Shown: positions 1 through 9,966 of the stretch, one piece after another | How positions within the stretch are numbered: the first letter of the stretch is position 1 | Layout: every line of letters begins with the position of its first letter | Program-made: the position numbers and the translations under genes | Source of the DNA: an uncultured Alphaproteobacteria bacterium | Lineage (GTDB): Bacteria; Pseudomonadota; Alphaproteobacteria; Rhizobiales; Xanthobacteraceae | Assembly: GCA_963742095.1 (NCBI GenBank) | Contig: CAVUKJ010000001.1 | Location: forward strand, 34,494 to 98,493 | Direction of reading: 5' to 3' | Length of the DNA stretch: 64,000 bases | The notes under the pieces: generated by a model | What the model saw: only the letters and a program-made list of their open reading frames with translations | The model's database searches: none | Told to the model about the DNA's origin: nothing

Positions 1-409
1 GGATGAACGCCTTGCCGATCGCGTAGGTGGCGCCGGCCGAGAGCGTCGGCATGACGACGCCGGCGGTGAGCGTTCCGATCACCGGCACGAACTTGAGCGT
101 GCTGGCGGCACCGATGCCGCTGGTGGTTGGGATCATCGACCCCGCCATGCTGGCGATCAAAGCCTTGCCGCTGTTGTCGGAGAACGCCACGCCATAGACC
201 TGCGACAGGCGGCGCACCATTTGCAGCTGAAGTCCGCCGACCGCGAATACGTCAACGACCGGCAGCGGAATCAACCCCGCAACGCCCGACCAGATGGCGA
301 AGCGGTTGACCAGCCGATTGGCGAACTCGGTGCGCTGCTCAGGCGTCATGTCGCCTTCCGGCGCCATGGCTTCTTTTTCCGTGCTCGACGCGCTCGATTT
401 CGTAGCCAT
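1..409 (-). CDS. DUF697/YcjF-like membrane protein, N-terminal part (gene runs off the window start)
   Basis: Reverse translation from ATG at 409 gives MATKSSASSTEKEAMAPEGDMTPEQRTEFANRLVNRFAIWSGVAGLIPLPVVDVFAVGGLQLQMVRRLSQVYGV.... GC3 is high. It is absent from the ORF track because the window edge cuts it. Confidence 0.6.
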   Translation of the reverse strand, partial: MATKSSASSTEKEAMAPEGDMTPEQRTEFANRLVNRFAIWSGVAGLIPLPVVDVFAVGGLQLQMVRRLSQVYGVAFSDNSGKALIASMAGSMIPTTSGIGAASTLKFVPVIGTLTAGVVMPTLSAGATYAIGKAFI

Positions 410-690
410 TGCCGATCCCTTTCTTGTTCCCCGGGTGGCTCACCGCTTGATTGGCCGCTGCGAAATCGCACGCCGGCTCAATCCGCATGAGCTATTTGAT
501 ACACAAAAAGCCTAACATGAGGGGTAGGCCCTGCCAAGCACCGGCCGAACGCGGCAACTTTTGCGGCGCGGCGGAAAACGTCGCGGTGCGACTGACCGGC
601 TTGGCCGCGATCCGTTGTCGCTCGATGGTGGCCATGTCATCATGGATTGCAGTCCCATCGGGGGCTAACGGGCACATCCGGAGGCGGACG

Positions 691-903
691 ATGCGAAAAG
701 ACGGATCATGCGACGCCGCGCTCGCGGTGCGACGCGCCTGGAAGGCGCCGGTGTTCACCGCCGTATCTATTCGCGCCGAAACGAAATCGGGCGCAGAAAA
801 CGCCGCCGCACAACTGCCCGAGCCGCAGCCGCCGGCCGCGCCCGCGACCAAGCTCGGCTTTTCCTTCGAGATGGCGTTTCCCCTCTCCGCCCGCTTCGAG
901 TAA
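691..903 (+). CDS. 70-aa ORF immediately upstream of the lasso B2 gene; candidate precursor peptide or unknown small protein
   Basis: GGAGG lies 6 nt before the ATG, GC3 is high, and the stop is 7 nt before the B2 start. Sequence: MRKDGSCDAALAVRRAWKAPVFTAVSIRAETKSGAENAAAQLPEPQPPAAPATKLGFSFEMAFPLSARFE. It has a WxxPxF...S....TK stretch loosely like the lasso leader motif YxxPxLxxxGxxxxxTx. Confidence 0.3.
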   Translation: MRKDGSCDAALAVRRAWKAPVFTAVSIRAETKSGAENAAAQLPEPQPPAAPATKLGFSFEMAFPLSARFE

Positions 904-909
904 CGCGCG

Positions 910-1317
910 ATGAAAGCGAAGACGATGCGGCGCGTCTATCTGCGCGAGGCCGCCGTCATGCTGGTCATGGCGAAACTCGCCGTCCGCGTCCTGCCTCCTG
1001 CCCGATTGTTCGCCTGGGCCAACCGGCCGCCGCGCTATCTCAACCGTTTCGCTAACGATGAAGCGTCGTGGGTGTCGTGGGCAGTCGACTATGTCGGCGC
1101 GCGACCGTGGATGAATGCGCTTTGTCTGCCGCGCGCGCTGGCCGCGCACGCCATGCTGCGCCGGCGCGGCATCGCCAGCCGGCTTTGCCTTGGCGTTGCG
1201 CGCGAGGACGGCGCCGTCGCGGCCCATGCCTGGGTCGAGATCGGCAAGGAGAAGATCGTCGGCGGTGCCGAGGCCGAACGCTTCACGCGGCTCGCTGAAT
1301 TCGGAGCAGCCGGCTGA
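910..1317 (+). CDS. lasso peptide biosynthesis B2 protein (transglutaminase-like leader peptidase)
   Basis: 135 aa with the CLPRALAAHAMLRRRGIASRLCLGV...AAHAWVEIG pattern, the Cys/His core typical of McjB-C-terminal/B2 proteins. It sits directly upstream of the Asn-synthetase-like gene. Confidence 0.8.
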   Translation: MKAKTMRRVYLREAAVMLVMAKLAVRVLPPARLFAWANRPPRYLNRFANDEASWVSWAVDYVGARPWMNALCLPRALAAHAMLRRRGIASRLCLGVAREDGAVAAHAWVEIGKEKIVGGAEAERFTRLAEFGAAG

Positions 1318-1336
1318 TGCAAGTGGTGCGCTTCCT

Positions 1337-3257
1337 ATGAGCGGGATCGCCGGGCTGTTGTGTTTCGACGGCCGGCCCGTGGCGCGACACACGCTCGAAC
1401 GGGCGGCGAACGCGCTGCGCCAATACGGCCCCGACCGTTCCGACATCCTGACAAGCGGCAATATCGGCCTTGCCCACGTGCTGATGCGTATGACGCCGGA
1501 GGACCGGCTTGACCGCCAGCCGCTGCGCGGCGCAAGCGGCGCGCTGATCACGGCGGACCTGCGGCTCGACAATCGCGATGACGTGCTCGCCCGCATCGGC
1601 GTTGCGCCGCGCGAGGCGCAAGACTGGCCGGACGCGCGCGTGCTGCTCGCGGCGTGGGAAAGGCTTGGCGATGATGTCTGGCCGATGCTGCGCGGACCTT
1701 TCGCCGCTGCGATCTGGGATCCGCGCGGGCAGTCGTTGACGCTGGCGCGCGACCATCTCGGGCTCAACGTGGTGATGTGGCACCGGAGCGAGACGTTCTT
1801 CGCCTTCGCCACCATGCCGAACGGTCTGTTCGCGCTCGGCAATGTGCCGCGCGAACTGAGCGAGGAGAAATTCGCCGACTTCCTCGTGCTCAACCACGCC
1901 GACCACGACACGACCATGTACCGGAATGTGTTTCGGGTTCCACCGGCGCATGTCCTGCACATATCGTCGGACGGCGCGACGCGCCGGCGCCGCTACTGGT
2001 CGCCCACCGAGATCGCGCCGATCCGGATGCGCTGCGATGCCGACTACGCCGACGGTCTGCGCGACAGCCTCGATCGCGCGGTGCGCCGGCAAATGCGCAG
2101 CGCCCATCCGATCGGGTCCCTGCTCAGTGGCGGACTCAATTCATCGTCGGTTTCCGTGCTGGCTGCGCGGGCGCTTGCCGAGCGCAACCAGCGGCTCAGT
2201 GCCTTCACCGGCGTGCCGCGCCGCGGCTTCAATGGCGCCGCGCCAAACGGCACCTACGCCGATGAGACGCCCTACGTCGAATTGATTCAAAAGGCGACGC
2301 CGGCCATCGACGTCACCTACGTTCACAACGACGCGTGCGACAACTCCGCCGAACTCGAGCGCTTCTTCGGCGCGCTGGAAGGTCCGGTGCGCAATCCGAC
2401 CAATCTCGGCTGGGTCCTGAATGTGTTGCGGCGCGCGCGCGCGCAAGGCCGGCGCGTCCTGCTCGGCGGCCTTTACGGCAACATCACCATCAGCTGGAAC
2501 GGCTGGTCACAGGCAGCGGGGCATCTGCGGCGCGGCAGACTGCCGACTGCCTATCGTCAGTGGCAGCATTATTACCGCCGCACGCCCTACTCGCGCTGGG
2601 TGGCGCTGCGGAGACTTCTGATCGAGCCGCTGCTGCCGCGCGTCCTCGGTGATTGGGCCGGGCGTCGTGCGCCCTGGCTCGATCACGCTGCGATCCGTCC
2701 CGATTTTGCCGCCGCGATCGGCGTCGGCGCACGCGCCAAGGAAAATGGACACGATTTTTTCTATCGCGTGCGGCCCGACGAACGCGTGCGCGGGCTTGAG
2801 CAAATCGATTACGCCGGCGACTGGCACGCGGCCGAGAAAGCGGTCACCGGCGTCGAGGTGCGCGATCCGACCGCGGACATCGACGTCGTTTCGTACTGCT
2901 TCGGCGTGCCGCCCGAGCAGTATCTCGTCGAAGGCGTCGACCGTTCGCTGATCCGGCGCGCCATGTGGGGCTTGCTGCCCGAGGCCATCCTGACCAACCG
3001 CCAGAGCGGGCTGCAGGCGCCGGACTGGTACGAAAAACTCGAGCGCCAGCGCGGCGAACTTGCCCGGCAAATCGCCGAGCTTTCCGGGTCGCCGCTGGTC
3101 TCCCGCATCATCGACCTGCTGCGGCTTGAGACAGCGCTCAAGAACTGGCCGGCCGGCGGCTGGCACACACCGCGAGGTGTTCCAGGAATATAACCTGGCG
3201 CTGACGCGGGGCCTTGCCGGCGGCCGTTTCCTGCGCTGGTTCGAACAGGCCAATTGA
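1337..3257 (+). CDS. asparagine-synthetase-like lasso cyclase (McjC-like); 3-prime end disrupted by an apparent 1-nt insertion near 3170-3175
   Basis: Starts MSGIAGLL (Ser replaces the glutaminase Cys2 of true AsnB) and has an SGGLNSS PP-loop. The main frame stops at 3193. The +1 frame continues with high GC3 as EVFQEYNLALTRGLAGGRFLRWFEQAN to 3257. Total length is 3n+1. Confidence 0.8.
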
Positions 3258-3362
3258 ACGGCTCCGAGCATTGACGGAGCGATTCACGTAGCGCCATAAG
3301 TGGCTAGCAGATAAGCGAAAACCCATTAAACCGTCGCGGGCGCGCGCGGTGTGGAGGGGGAT

Positions 3363-4178
3363 ATGGGCGTCATTCTCAGCATGGCCGAGCTTTTGAACCG
3401 CATCGCGGAACGCGCAGCGCAGAACCTGACTATCGGCAAGCTGCTGCTCCAGCTCAACCTCGATCCCAACAACATCACCTTCGATATTATTTTCCAGCGG
3501 CTGCTCGACGTCGCGCTCGCCAACATCAACATCGCGAATTTCTGCGCACTCATCGGCGCGGCATTTTACGGCGCAACGTTTCTGATGCCGACGATGGTGC
3601 GGCTGCGCGTGCTCGGCATCCTCAGTGCCCTGTTTTTCATGGCATACGGGCTGCTGGCGACCGCCATCCCGACCTTCCTGATGTATCTGCTGCTGCTGCC
3701 GATCAACAGCGTGCGCCTGTTCCAGATCACGAAGCTCGTGAAGAAGGCGCGCGTTGCGGCGCAAGGCGACCTGTCGATCGACTGGCTCAAGCCGTTCATG
3801 GACACCCGCAAGTACAAGAAAGGCGACGTGCTGTTCAAGAAGGGCCAGAAGGCCGACGAGATGTTCCTCATCACCACGGGAAAATTCCTGGTGAAGGAGA
3901 TCGGCGTCGAGCTCCTGCCTGGCCGTATCATGGGCGAACTTGGCTTTGTCACCCCGAACAACAAGCGCACGCAGACTGTCGAATGCATCGAGGACGGTGC
4001 GGTCATGACCATCACATATGATCGGCTGCTCGAAGTTTATTTCGAGTATCCCGACTTCGGCTATTTCTTCCTGCGGCTGTCGAGTGACCGTCTGCTGCAA
4101 AACATTGCGCGGCTCGAGACGAGCGTCGAAGACTATAAAATGAAGCTGCAGGCGGCGACCGCAGCCCAGCCGACATAG
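3363..4178 (+). CDS. membrane protein with C-terminal cyclic-nucleotide-binding domain
   Basis: Hydrophobic N-terminal half. Crp-like cNMP domain (GDVLFKKGQKADEMFLITTGKF...GELGFVTPNNKRTQTV). GGAGG lies 5 nt before the ATG at 3363. Confidence 0.75.
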   Translation: MGVILSMAELLNRIAERAAQNLTIGKLLLQLNLDPNNITFDIIFQRLLDVALANINIANFCALIGAAFYGATFLMPTMVRLRVLGILSALFFMAYGLLATAIPTFLMYLLLLPINSVRLFQITKLVKKARVAAQGDLSIDWLKPFMDTRKYKKGDVLFKKGQKADEMFLITTGKFLVKEIGVELLPGRIMGELGFVTPNNKRTQTVECIEDGAVMTITYDRLLEVYFEYPDFGYFFLRLSSDRLLQNIARLETSVEDYKMKLQAATAAQPT

Positions 4179-4211
4179 AGTTTTTCCAAAGTTTCGAAGC
4201 CGGCGCTGCGA

Positions 4212-4487
4212 TCAGAGGCCGTGATCAGGAATGATCTGCCAGGCCACCAGTCGGTTCCAGATGAAGAGAATGACAATCGAGCCGACGGTCGCGCCGATAA
4301 ATCCGGCGCCTTGATGGGCCATGTACATCCCCATGCGGTGGCCGAGAAACGTCGCAAGCAACGCTCCGGCGACGCCGAGCACGATGGTCAGGGCAAAGCC
4401 GTGCGGCTTGTTGGGACCGGGCATGATCAAGCGCGCGATGGTTCCGGCAACCAATCCGATGAAGATGATCCAGAGCAGAACCGGCAT
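4212..4487 (-). CDS. GlsB/YeaQ/YmgE family stress-response membrane protein
   Basis: 91 aa: MPVLLWIIFIGLVAGTIARLIMPGPNKPHGF...GAGFIGATVGSIVILFIWN, typical of the family. Confidence 0.85.
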   Translation of the reverse strand: MPVLLWIIFIGLVAGTIARLIMPGPNKPHGFALTIVLGVAGALLATFLGHRMGMYMAHQGAGFIGATVGSIVILFIWNRLVAWQIIPDHGL

Positions 4488-4566
4488 GGCAGCCCCTCAG
4501 GCCAAATCGCAGAAAATAGTGTACGGCCTCGTCAAAAAGCCGCGCAACAGAAACGCTCATCTCGGC

Positions 4567-5968
4567 CTATTGATAGGGAATTTGATAGACCGTCACCTTG
4601 TCGGTGACGCCGCGCAGCGTCGCATCCCGCGCGGCCGGCGCGAGCTTTGAGATCGCGAGCATCTTCGCGACCTGCGGGTTTTCCACCACGGGCTTGGTCG
4701 CGATGATCGCCTGCGAGTCCGCCAAGCCCTGCACGCGCGCGGCGATGTTGACGGTCTGGCCGAAATAATCGAGCCGGTCGTTGAGCGTGACCGCAAGGCA
4801 CGGCCCCTCGTGAATGCCGATCTTGATCAGCAGGTCGTCCTTGATGGTCTGCACCGAGTCGCGCATGCGCAGCGCGGCGGCGAGCGCGCGGTCCGGCGTC
4901 GGGAATGTCGCCATCACCGCGTCGCCAATGGTCTTGACCACGGCGCCCGCCTCGGCGGCGACGATTTCATTGAGCACGCGGAAATGCGCGCGCACCAGAT
5001 CATACGCCGCGAGATCGCCGACGCGATCATAGAGCTCGGTCGAGCCCTTCAGATCGGTGAACAAGAACGTCAGGCTGGTGAGCTTGAGGCCCTGGTCGAC
5101 GTCGAGCGTGTCGGTGCGATAGATGTCGCGGAAGATCTGGTTGGTCAGCAGCCGCTTGGCGGTCAGGAACGGCCGGCGCTTGGCGAGCAGGTCGTGCAAC
5201 GTGGCGTCGGCGATCCAGACCGACGGCAAGGTGCGGGCATCGGTCCGGTTTTCGACCGACAGCCTCAGAGGGCCGGGACGCATTTCGGTGGTCACGGTCT
5301 TGGCGTGCACCTTGTTGAAGATGAGCGAGAGATTTTGCCGCTCCTTGGTCGCCTCGCCCTTGACGTCGATGAAATGCGCGGCGTGGGTCACGGGCTCGAA
5401 CACGATCAGGAACTGCTCCGGCATCTGCAGCGACAACTGCGCCTTCTCGCCGGCGGGCAGCTCCATGGAATCGAGCGTGATCTCCTCCATCAGGTCTTCG
5501 AAGCCTTCGTCCGGCAGATCGACGCCGTTGCTCCAGAAGATCTGACGGAAGTAGTCCCACACCGGCAGCATATGCGCATCGTGTGCCGCGATGCGGCGTA
5601 CCCGCGGGTTCACGGTGAAGGCGACCTCGACCATCTCGTCGAGCGTCGGCTCGTAGCCGGTCGCGCACAGCGCGCAATCGTAATTTTCCTTGTGCACCGA
5701 CTTGAGCGTATTGGCGACGTCGAGCACGCCGCCGCAGCCGGGGCACAGCACGTTCCAGGTCAGATCGAACAGCCCGAGCCGCGCCGCATGCAGGAAGCCG
5801 CCGATCGTCTTTCTCCTCGTCGAGCCCGTGCCGGCCCGCGAAGGCGAGCGCGTTGACGCGGCACAAATCGCGGTCGCTGCCGTCGGCGATCAACGCCTCG
5901 ATTGCGGCAACGACTGCGGGATCTGCCGAATTGCGTAAGGAGTCGAAAAGCGGCTTGGTGTCGGTCAC
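4567..5968 (-). pseudogene. class III adenylate/guanylate cyclase with N-terminal CPGCGG...CALC domain, split by a 1-nt frameshift (or sequencing error) at 5810-5812
   Basis: The C-terminal frame has FLFTDLKGSTELY, KTIGDAVMATF, GIHEGP and DYFGQTVNIAARV. The N-terminal frame (GTG at 5968) reads MTDTKPLFDSLRNSADPAVVAAIEALIADGSDRDLCRVNALAFAGRHGLDEEK. GC3 then moves to the other frame (TIGGFLHAARLGLFDLTWNVLCPGCGG). The run is AAA on the coding strand, and total length is 3n+1. Confidence 0.75.
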
Positions 5969-6024
5969 GGCACCAAATCTAAGCTAGTTCCGGACGATTT
6001 AAAGGTGCGCGGACGTGCGAAAAT

Positions 6025-6999
6025 TCAACGAAGATGGCAGGCGACCATCTGCCCCGGCTTCACTTCGCGCAGCAAAGGCACCTCGGCGCGGCAGCGCTCG
6101 ACGGCATAAGGGCACCGGGTGTGAAAATGACAGCCGGAGGGCGGATTGACCGGGCTCGGCACATCGCCCTGCAGCACGCGCTTGGGCCGTTTGACGCGGG
6201 GGTCGGGCACCGGCACCGCCAGCAACAGCTGCTCGGTGTAGGGGTGCAGCGCGTGGGTGAACAGCGTGCGCTTGTCGGTATATTCGACGATGCGGCCGAG
6301 ATACATGACAGCGATATGATGGCTGATGTGCTCGACCACCGCGAGATTGTGCGAGATGAAGAGGTAAGCGAGCCCGAGCTCCTTCTGCAGGTCCATCATC
6401 AAATTGAGCACCTGCGCCTGGATCGAGACGTCGAGCGCGGACACCGGTTCATCGCCGACGATTAGCTTCGGCTGCAGCGCGAGCGCCCGCGCAATGCCGA
6501 TGCGCTGGCGCTGGCCGCCGGAGAACTGGTGCGGGTAATTGTCCATCTGCGCACGTCTTAAGCCCACGCGCTCGAACAGCTTGGCGACGCGCTCCCTCAC
6601 CTCCGCCCCTGAGGCAACGCCGTGCACGCGCAGCGGCTCGGCGACGATGTCGCCGGCCGACATGCGCGGATCGAGCGAGGAGAACGGGTCCTGGAAGATG
6701 ATCTGCATCTGCCGCCGATAGGGCCGCAACGCGGATTTGCTCAACGTGGTGATATCGCTGCCGGCGATGCGGATCGAGCCGGCGGTCGGCTCGACCAGCC
6801 GCAGCACCGCGCGGCCGACCGTCGTTTTGCCGCAACCGGATTTGCCCACCAGGCCGAGCGTCTCGCCTGCGCCAATCGTGAAGCTGACGCCGTCAACAGC
6901 GAACACCGTGCCGCCGGCGCGTTGCAAGAGGCCCTTGCGCACCGGGAAATGCTTCTTGAGGTCGCGCACCTCGAGCACAGTTGCGGCGGGCTCAGGCAT
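6025..6999 (-). CDS. peptide/nickel ABC transporter ATP-binding protein (DppF/OppF-like)
   Basis: Walker [10 protein letters not shown] and signature FSGGQRQR. The start [11 protein letters not shown] overlaps the upstream ATPase stop by 8 nt. Confidence 0.85.
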   Translation of the reverse strand: MPEPAATVLEVRDLKKHFPVRKGLLQRAGGTVFAVDGVSFTIGAGETLGLVGKSGCGKTTVGRAVLRLVEPTAGSIRIAGSDITTLSKSALRPYRRQMQIIFQDPFSSLDPRMSAGDIVAEPLRVHGVASGAEVRERVAKLFERVGLRRAQMDNYPHQFSGGQRQRIGIARALALQPKLIVGDEPVSALDVSIQAQVLNLMMDLQKELGLAYLFISHNLAVVEHISHHIAVMYLGRIVEYTDKRTLFTHALHPYTEQLLLAVPVPDPRVKRPKRVLQGDVPSPVNPPSGCHFHTRCPYAVERCRAEVPLLREVKPGQMVACHLR

Positions 7000-8044
7000 C
7001 CCTGCCCCCGTAAAGCTCGTGCGAACGCCAGCAGGCGGCCCAGTGGCCGGGGCGCTTTTCCTCGTAGGGCGGATATTGCGCGCGGCAGCGATCCTCCGCG
7101 TGCGCGCAGCGCGGCGCAAATACGCAACCCGGCGGCAACCTCGTCAGCGCCGGAACGGTGCCCGGGATTTCCTGCAAACGCTCGACCGCATTCGAGACCT
7201 CGCCGCGCATCGACGGCAGCCGCGGGATCGAACCCATCAACCCGTGCGTATAGGGATGTTGCGGCCGCGCGAACAGGTCCTCGACCGGCGCCTCCTCCAC
7301 TTTGCGTCCCGCATACATGACGATGACGCGCTGCGCGGTCTCGGCTACCACGCCGAGGTCGTGGGTGATGAGGATCACCGCGGTGCCGAGCTTGTGCTGC
7401 AGGTCGAGAATGATGTCGAGGATCTGCGCCTGGATGGTGACGTCGAGCGCTGTGGTCGGCTCGTCGGCAATCAGCACCTTCGGATTGCAGGCGAGCGCCA
7501 TGGCGATCATGGCGCGCTGGCGCATTCCGCCCGACAACTGATGCGGATATTCGCGCGCGCGCTGCTCCGGCTCGGGGATGCGGGTCAGCTTCAGCATGTC
7601 GACGGCCTTGTCCCAGGCTTCGCGCTTGCCGACCTTCTCGTGCAGCAGGATCGCCTCGGCGACCTGACTGCCGATGGTCAGCACCGGGTTGAGCGAGGTC
7701 ATCGGCTCCTGGAAGATCATCGCCATGTCCTTGCCGCGCACGGCGCGCATCGCCGCGTCGTCGAGCGACAGCAGGTCGCGGCCCTCGAGCTTGACCGAGC
7801 CGGCGACGATACGGCCCGGCGGGTCGGGCACCAGCCGCATCAGTGACAGCGCGGTAATGCTCTTGCCGCAGCCGGACTCGCCGACGATCGCCAGCGTCTC
7901 GTGCGGCGCCAGCGCAAAGCTGACGCCGTCGACCGCCTTCACGACGCCGTGGCGCAGATCGAAATGCGTGCGCAAGTCCTCGACGACCAGCAGCGGCTCA
8001 CCCGCCGCTACCGCGCTCTCCTGCTTCTCGGCGGCCATCGACAT
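6992..8044 (-). CDS. peptide/nickel ABC transporter ATP-binding protein (DppD/OppD-like)
   Basis: [18 protein letters not shown], and a C-terminal oligopeptide-ABC extension. The start MSMAAEKQ is chosen just downstream of the permease stop. Confidence 0.85.
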   Translation of the reverse strand: MSMAAEKQESAVAAGEPLLVVEDLRTHFDLRHGVVKAVDGVSFALAPHETLAIVGESGCGKSITALSLMRLVPDPPGRIVAGSVKLEGRDLLSLDDAAMRAVRGKDMAMIFQEPMTSLNPVLTIGSQVAEAILLHEKVGKREAWDKAVDMLKLTRIPEPEQRAREYPHQLSGGMRQRAMIAMALACNPKVLIADEPTTALDVTIQAQILDIILDLQHKLGTAVILITHDLGVVAETAQRVIVMYAGRKVEEAPVEDLFARPQHPYTHGLMGSIPRLPSMRGEVSNAVERLQEIPGTVPALTRLPPGCVFAPRCAHAEDRCRAQYPPYEEKRPGHWAACWRSHELYGGRDA

Positions 8045-8049
8045 TCGCG

Positions 8050-8940
8050 TCAGTCGCGCAGGCGCGGATCGAGAATGTCGCGCAGCGCGTCCCCGAACAG
8101 GTTGGTGCCGAACACCGCAAGGCTGATAGCGACGCCCGGGAAGATGACAAGCCACGGCGCGACGCGCACATATTCGGCGGCGGATTCCGACAACATGCGG
8201 CCCCAGGACGGATGCGGCTCCGGCACGCCGAGGCCGAGGAACGACAGCGAGGCTTCGGTCAGGATGGCGGCGCCGAGCTGCGCGGTCGCGATCACGATCA
8301 GCGGCGCGATGGTGTTCGGCAGCACATGGCGCACCGCGATACGAAATTCGCTCATGCCGACGGCGCGCGCCGCCTCGACGAAGGGCTGCTCGCGCAGCGC
8401 CAGCGTGTTGGAGCGGATGACGCGCGCGGTATATGGAATAAGCGGGATCGAGATGGCGACGATGGTGTTGTCGAGCGCAGGCCCCAGCGCCGCCGCCATC
8501 ACCAGCGCCAGCACCAAAAGCGGCACCGACTGCAGCACGTCGATGATGCGCTGGACGATAAGATCGACCCAGCCGCCGAGATAGCCGGACGTGAGCCCGA
8601 GCGCGACGCCGAACACGCTGCCGAGTAATGTCGAGCCGAGGCCGACCGCGAGCGAGATGCGGGCGCCATAGATGATGCGGCTGAAGATGTCGCGGCCCAT
8701 CTGGTCGGTGCCGAGCGCGTGCGCGCCGCCGGGATGGAGGAGCCGGAGCGCCGAGTTGGTCGTGGTCGGGCTATAGGCGGTGATCCAGGGTGCGAACACC
8801 GCGCAGAACACGAAGACGAACATGAAGCCTGCGCCGAACAGCCCGAGCGGATGCGCCGCGAGGTGGTACCAGATGCGCGACCAGACGTTGTCGGGGCGCT
8901 CGACAGTCTCGGGGGCGACAGGAAGATCGACAATCGACAT
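8050..8940 (-). CDS. ABC transporter permease (DppC/OppC-like)
   Basis: Multi-TM protein of the BPD-transport family. The MSIVDLPV start lies 4 nt after the upstream permease stop. Confidence 0.85.
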   Translation of the reverse strand: MSIVDLPVAPETVERPDNVWSRIWYHLAAHPLGLFGAGFMFVFVFCAVFAPWITAYSPTTTNSALRLLHPGGAHALGTDQMGRDIFSRIIYGARISLAVGLGSTLLGSVFGVALGLTSGYLGGWVDLIVQRIIDVLQSVPLLVLALVMAAALGPALDNTIVAISIPLIPYTARVIRSNTLALREQPFVEAARAVGMSEFRIAVRHVLPNTIAPLIVIATAQLGAAILTEASLSFLGLGVPEPHPSWGRMLSESAAEYVRVAPWLVIFPGVAISLAVFGTNLFGDALRDILDPRLRD

Positions 8941-8944
8941 CGCC

Positions 8945-9892
8945 CTACCCCGAATACCGGATGCGCGGATCAAGCACCGCGTAGAGCAGATCGATCAGGA
9001 AGTTGATCGACACCGCGACGGTGGCGATGAACATCACCAGGTTCTGCACGATCGGATAGTCGCGCCAGCGGATCGCCTCCACCAGGAAGCGCGCGACGCC
9101 GGGAATATTGAACACCGTCTCGGTGACGATCAGCCCGCCCATCAGGAAGGCGGCCTCGAGCCCGATCACGGTGACGACCGGCAGCACCGCGTTGCGCAGC
9201 GCGTGATGATAATTGACGGTCTGATCCGGCGCGCCCTTGGCGCGCGCGGTGCGGATGTAGTCCTGGCGCAGCACCTCGAGCATCGAGGAGCGCGTCAGCC
9301 GCATCACCAGGGCCGAGGAGCGGAAGCCGACCGCCGCCGCCGGAATGCTGAACAGCCAGAGCGTATTCCAGAAGCCTGTGGGCGGATCGGTGTAGATCGG
9401 GATGGTGCCGAAAAAATGCACGAAAGCCATCAGGATCAGCAGGCCGAGCCAGAAGGCGGGCATCGACAACCCGCTCAGGCTGATCACACGCAAGACGTAG
9501 TCGAGCGGTGTGTTCTGCTTGACCGCGCTGACGACGCCGAGCGGCACGCCGAAAATGATGGCGAAGCTCAGCGCGAGTCCCGCAAGCTTGGCGGTGATCG
9601 GAATGCGCGGCAGGATTTCCTGGATCGCCGGCTTCTCCGACACGTAGGAATAGCCGAGATCGCCGTGCACCAGCCCGTTGACCCACTGCACATATTGCAG
9701 GGCGATCGGCTGATCGAGGCCGAGCTCTTTCTCGAGCTTGGCCTTCTCGGCGACGTCGATCATGCCGGCGGCATTGAACACGATATCCGCGATGTTGCCC
9801 GGCACCAGCCGCAGCATCACGAAGATCAACACGGAAATGCCAAACAGCGTCAGGAGCATCAAGAAGAAGCGCCTGATCAGATAGGTCCCCAG
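8945..9892 (-). CDS. ABC transporter permease (DppB/OppB-like), probable CTG start
   Basis: The conserved N-terminus (L)GTYLIRRFFLMLLTLFGISVLIFVMLRLVPGN lies upstream of the first ATG/GTG/TTG. GGAGG sits 5 nt before the CTG at 9892, and an in-frame TAA lies just upstream. Confidence 0.75.
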   Translation of the reverse strand: MGTYLIRRFFLMLLTLFGISVLIFVMLRLVPGNIADIVFNAAGMIDVAEKAKLEKELGLDQPIALQYVQWVNGLVHGDLGYSYVSEKPAIQEILPRIPITAKLAGLALSFAIIFGVPLGVVSAVKQNTPLDYVLRVISLSGLSMPAFWLGLLILMAFVHFFGTIPIYTDPPTGFWNTLWLFSIPAAAVGFRSSALVMRLTRSSMLEVLRQDYIRTARAKGAPDQTVNYHHALRNAVLPVVTVIGLEAAFLMGGLIVTETVFNIPGVARFLVEAIRWRDYPIVQNLVMFIATVAVSINFLIDLLYAVLDPRIRYSG

Positions 9893-9966
9893 TCTCGCCT
9901 CCCGTCGTTAAAGGGGAATGACGCGCCCGGCTCCCCACAGCCGGGCGCGCCCCGTAGCAGTGCCGA

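Noticed and set aside
420-905. Search for a PqqD/RRE (lasso B1) gene upstream of B2.
   Set aside because: None of the six frames shows a PqqD-like sequence. Only the 691-903 frame has coding-like GC3 and an SD.
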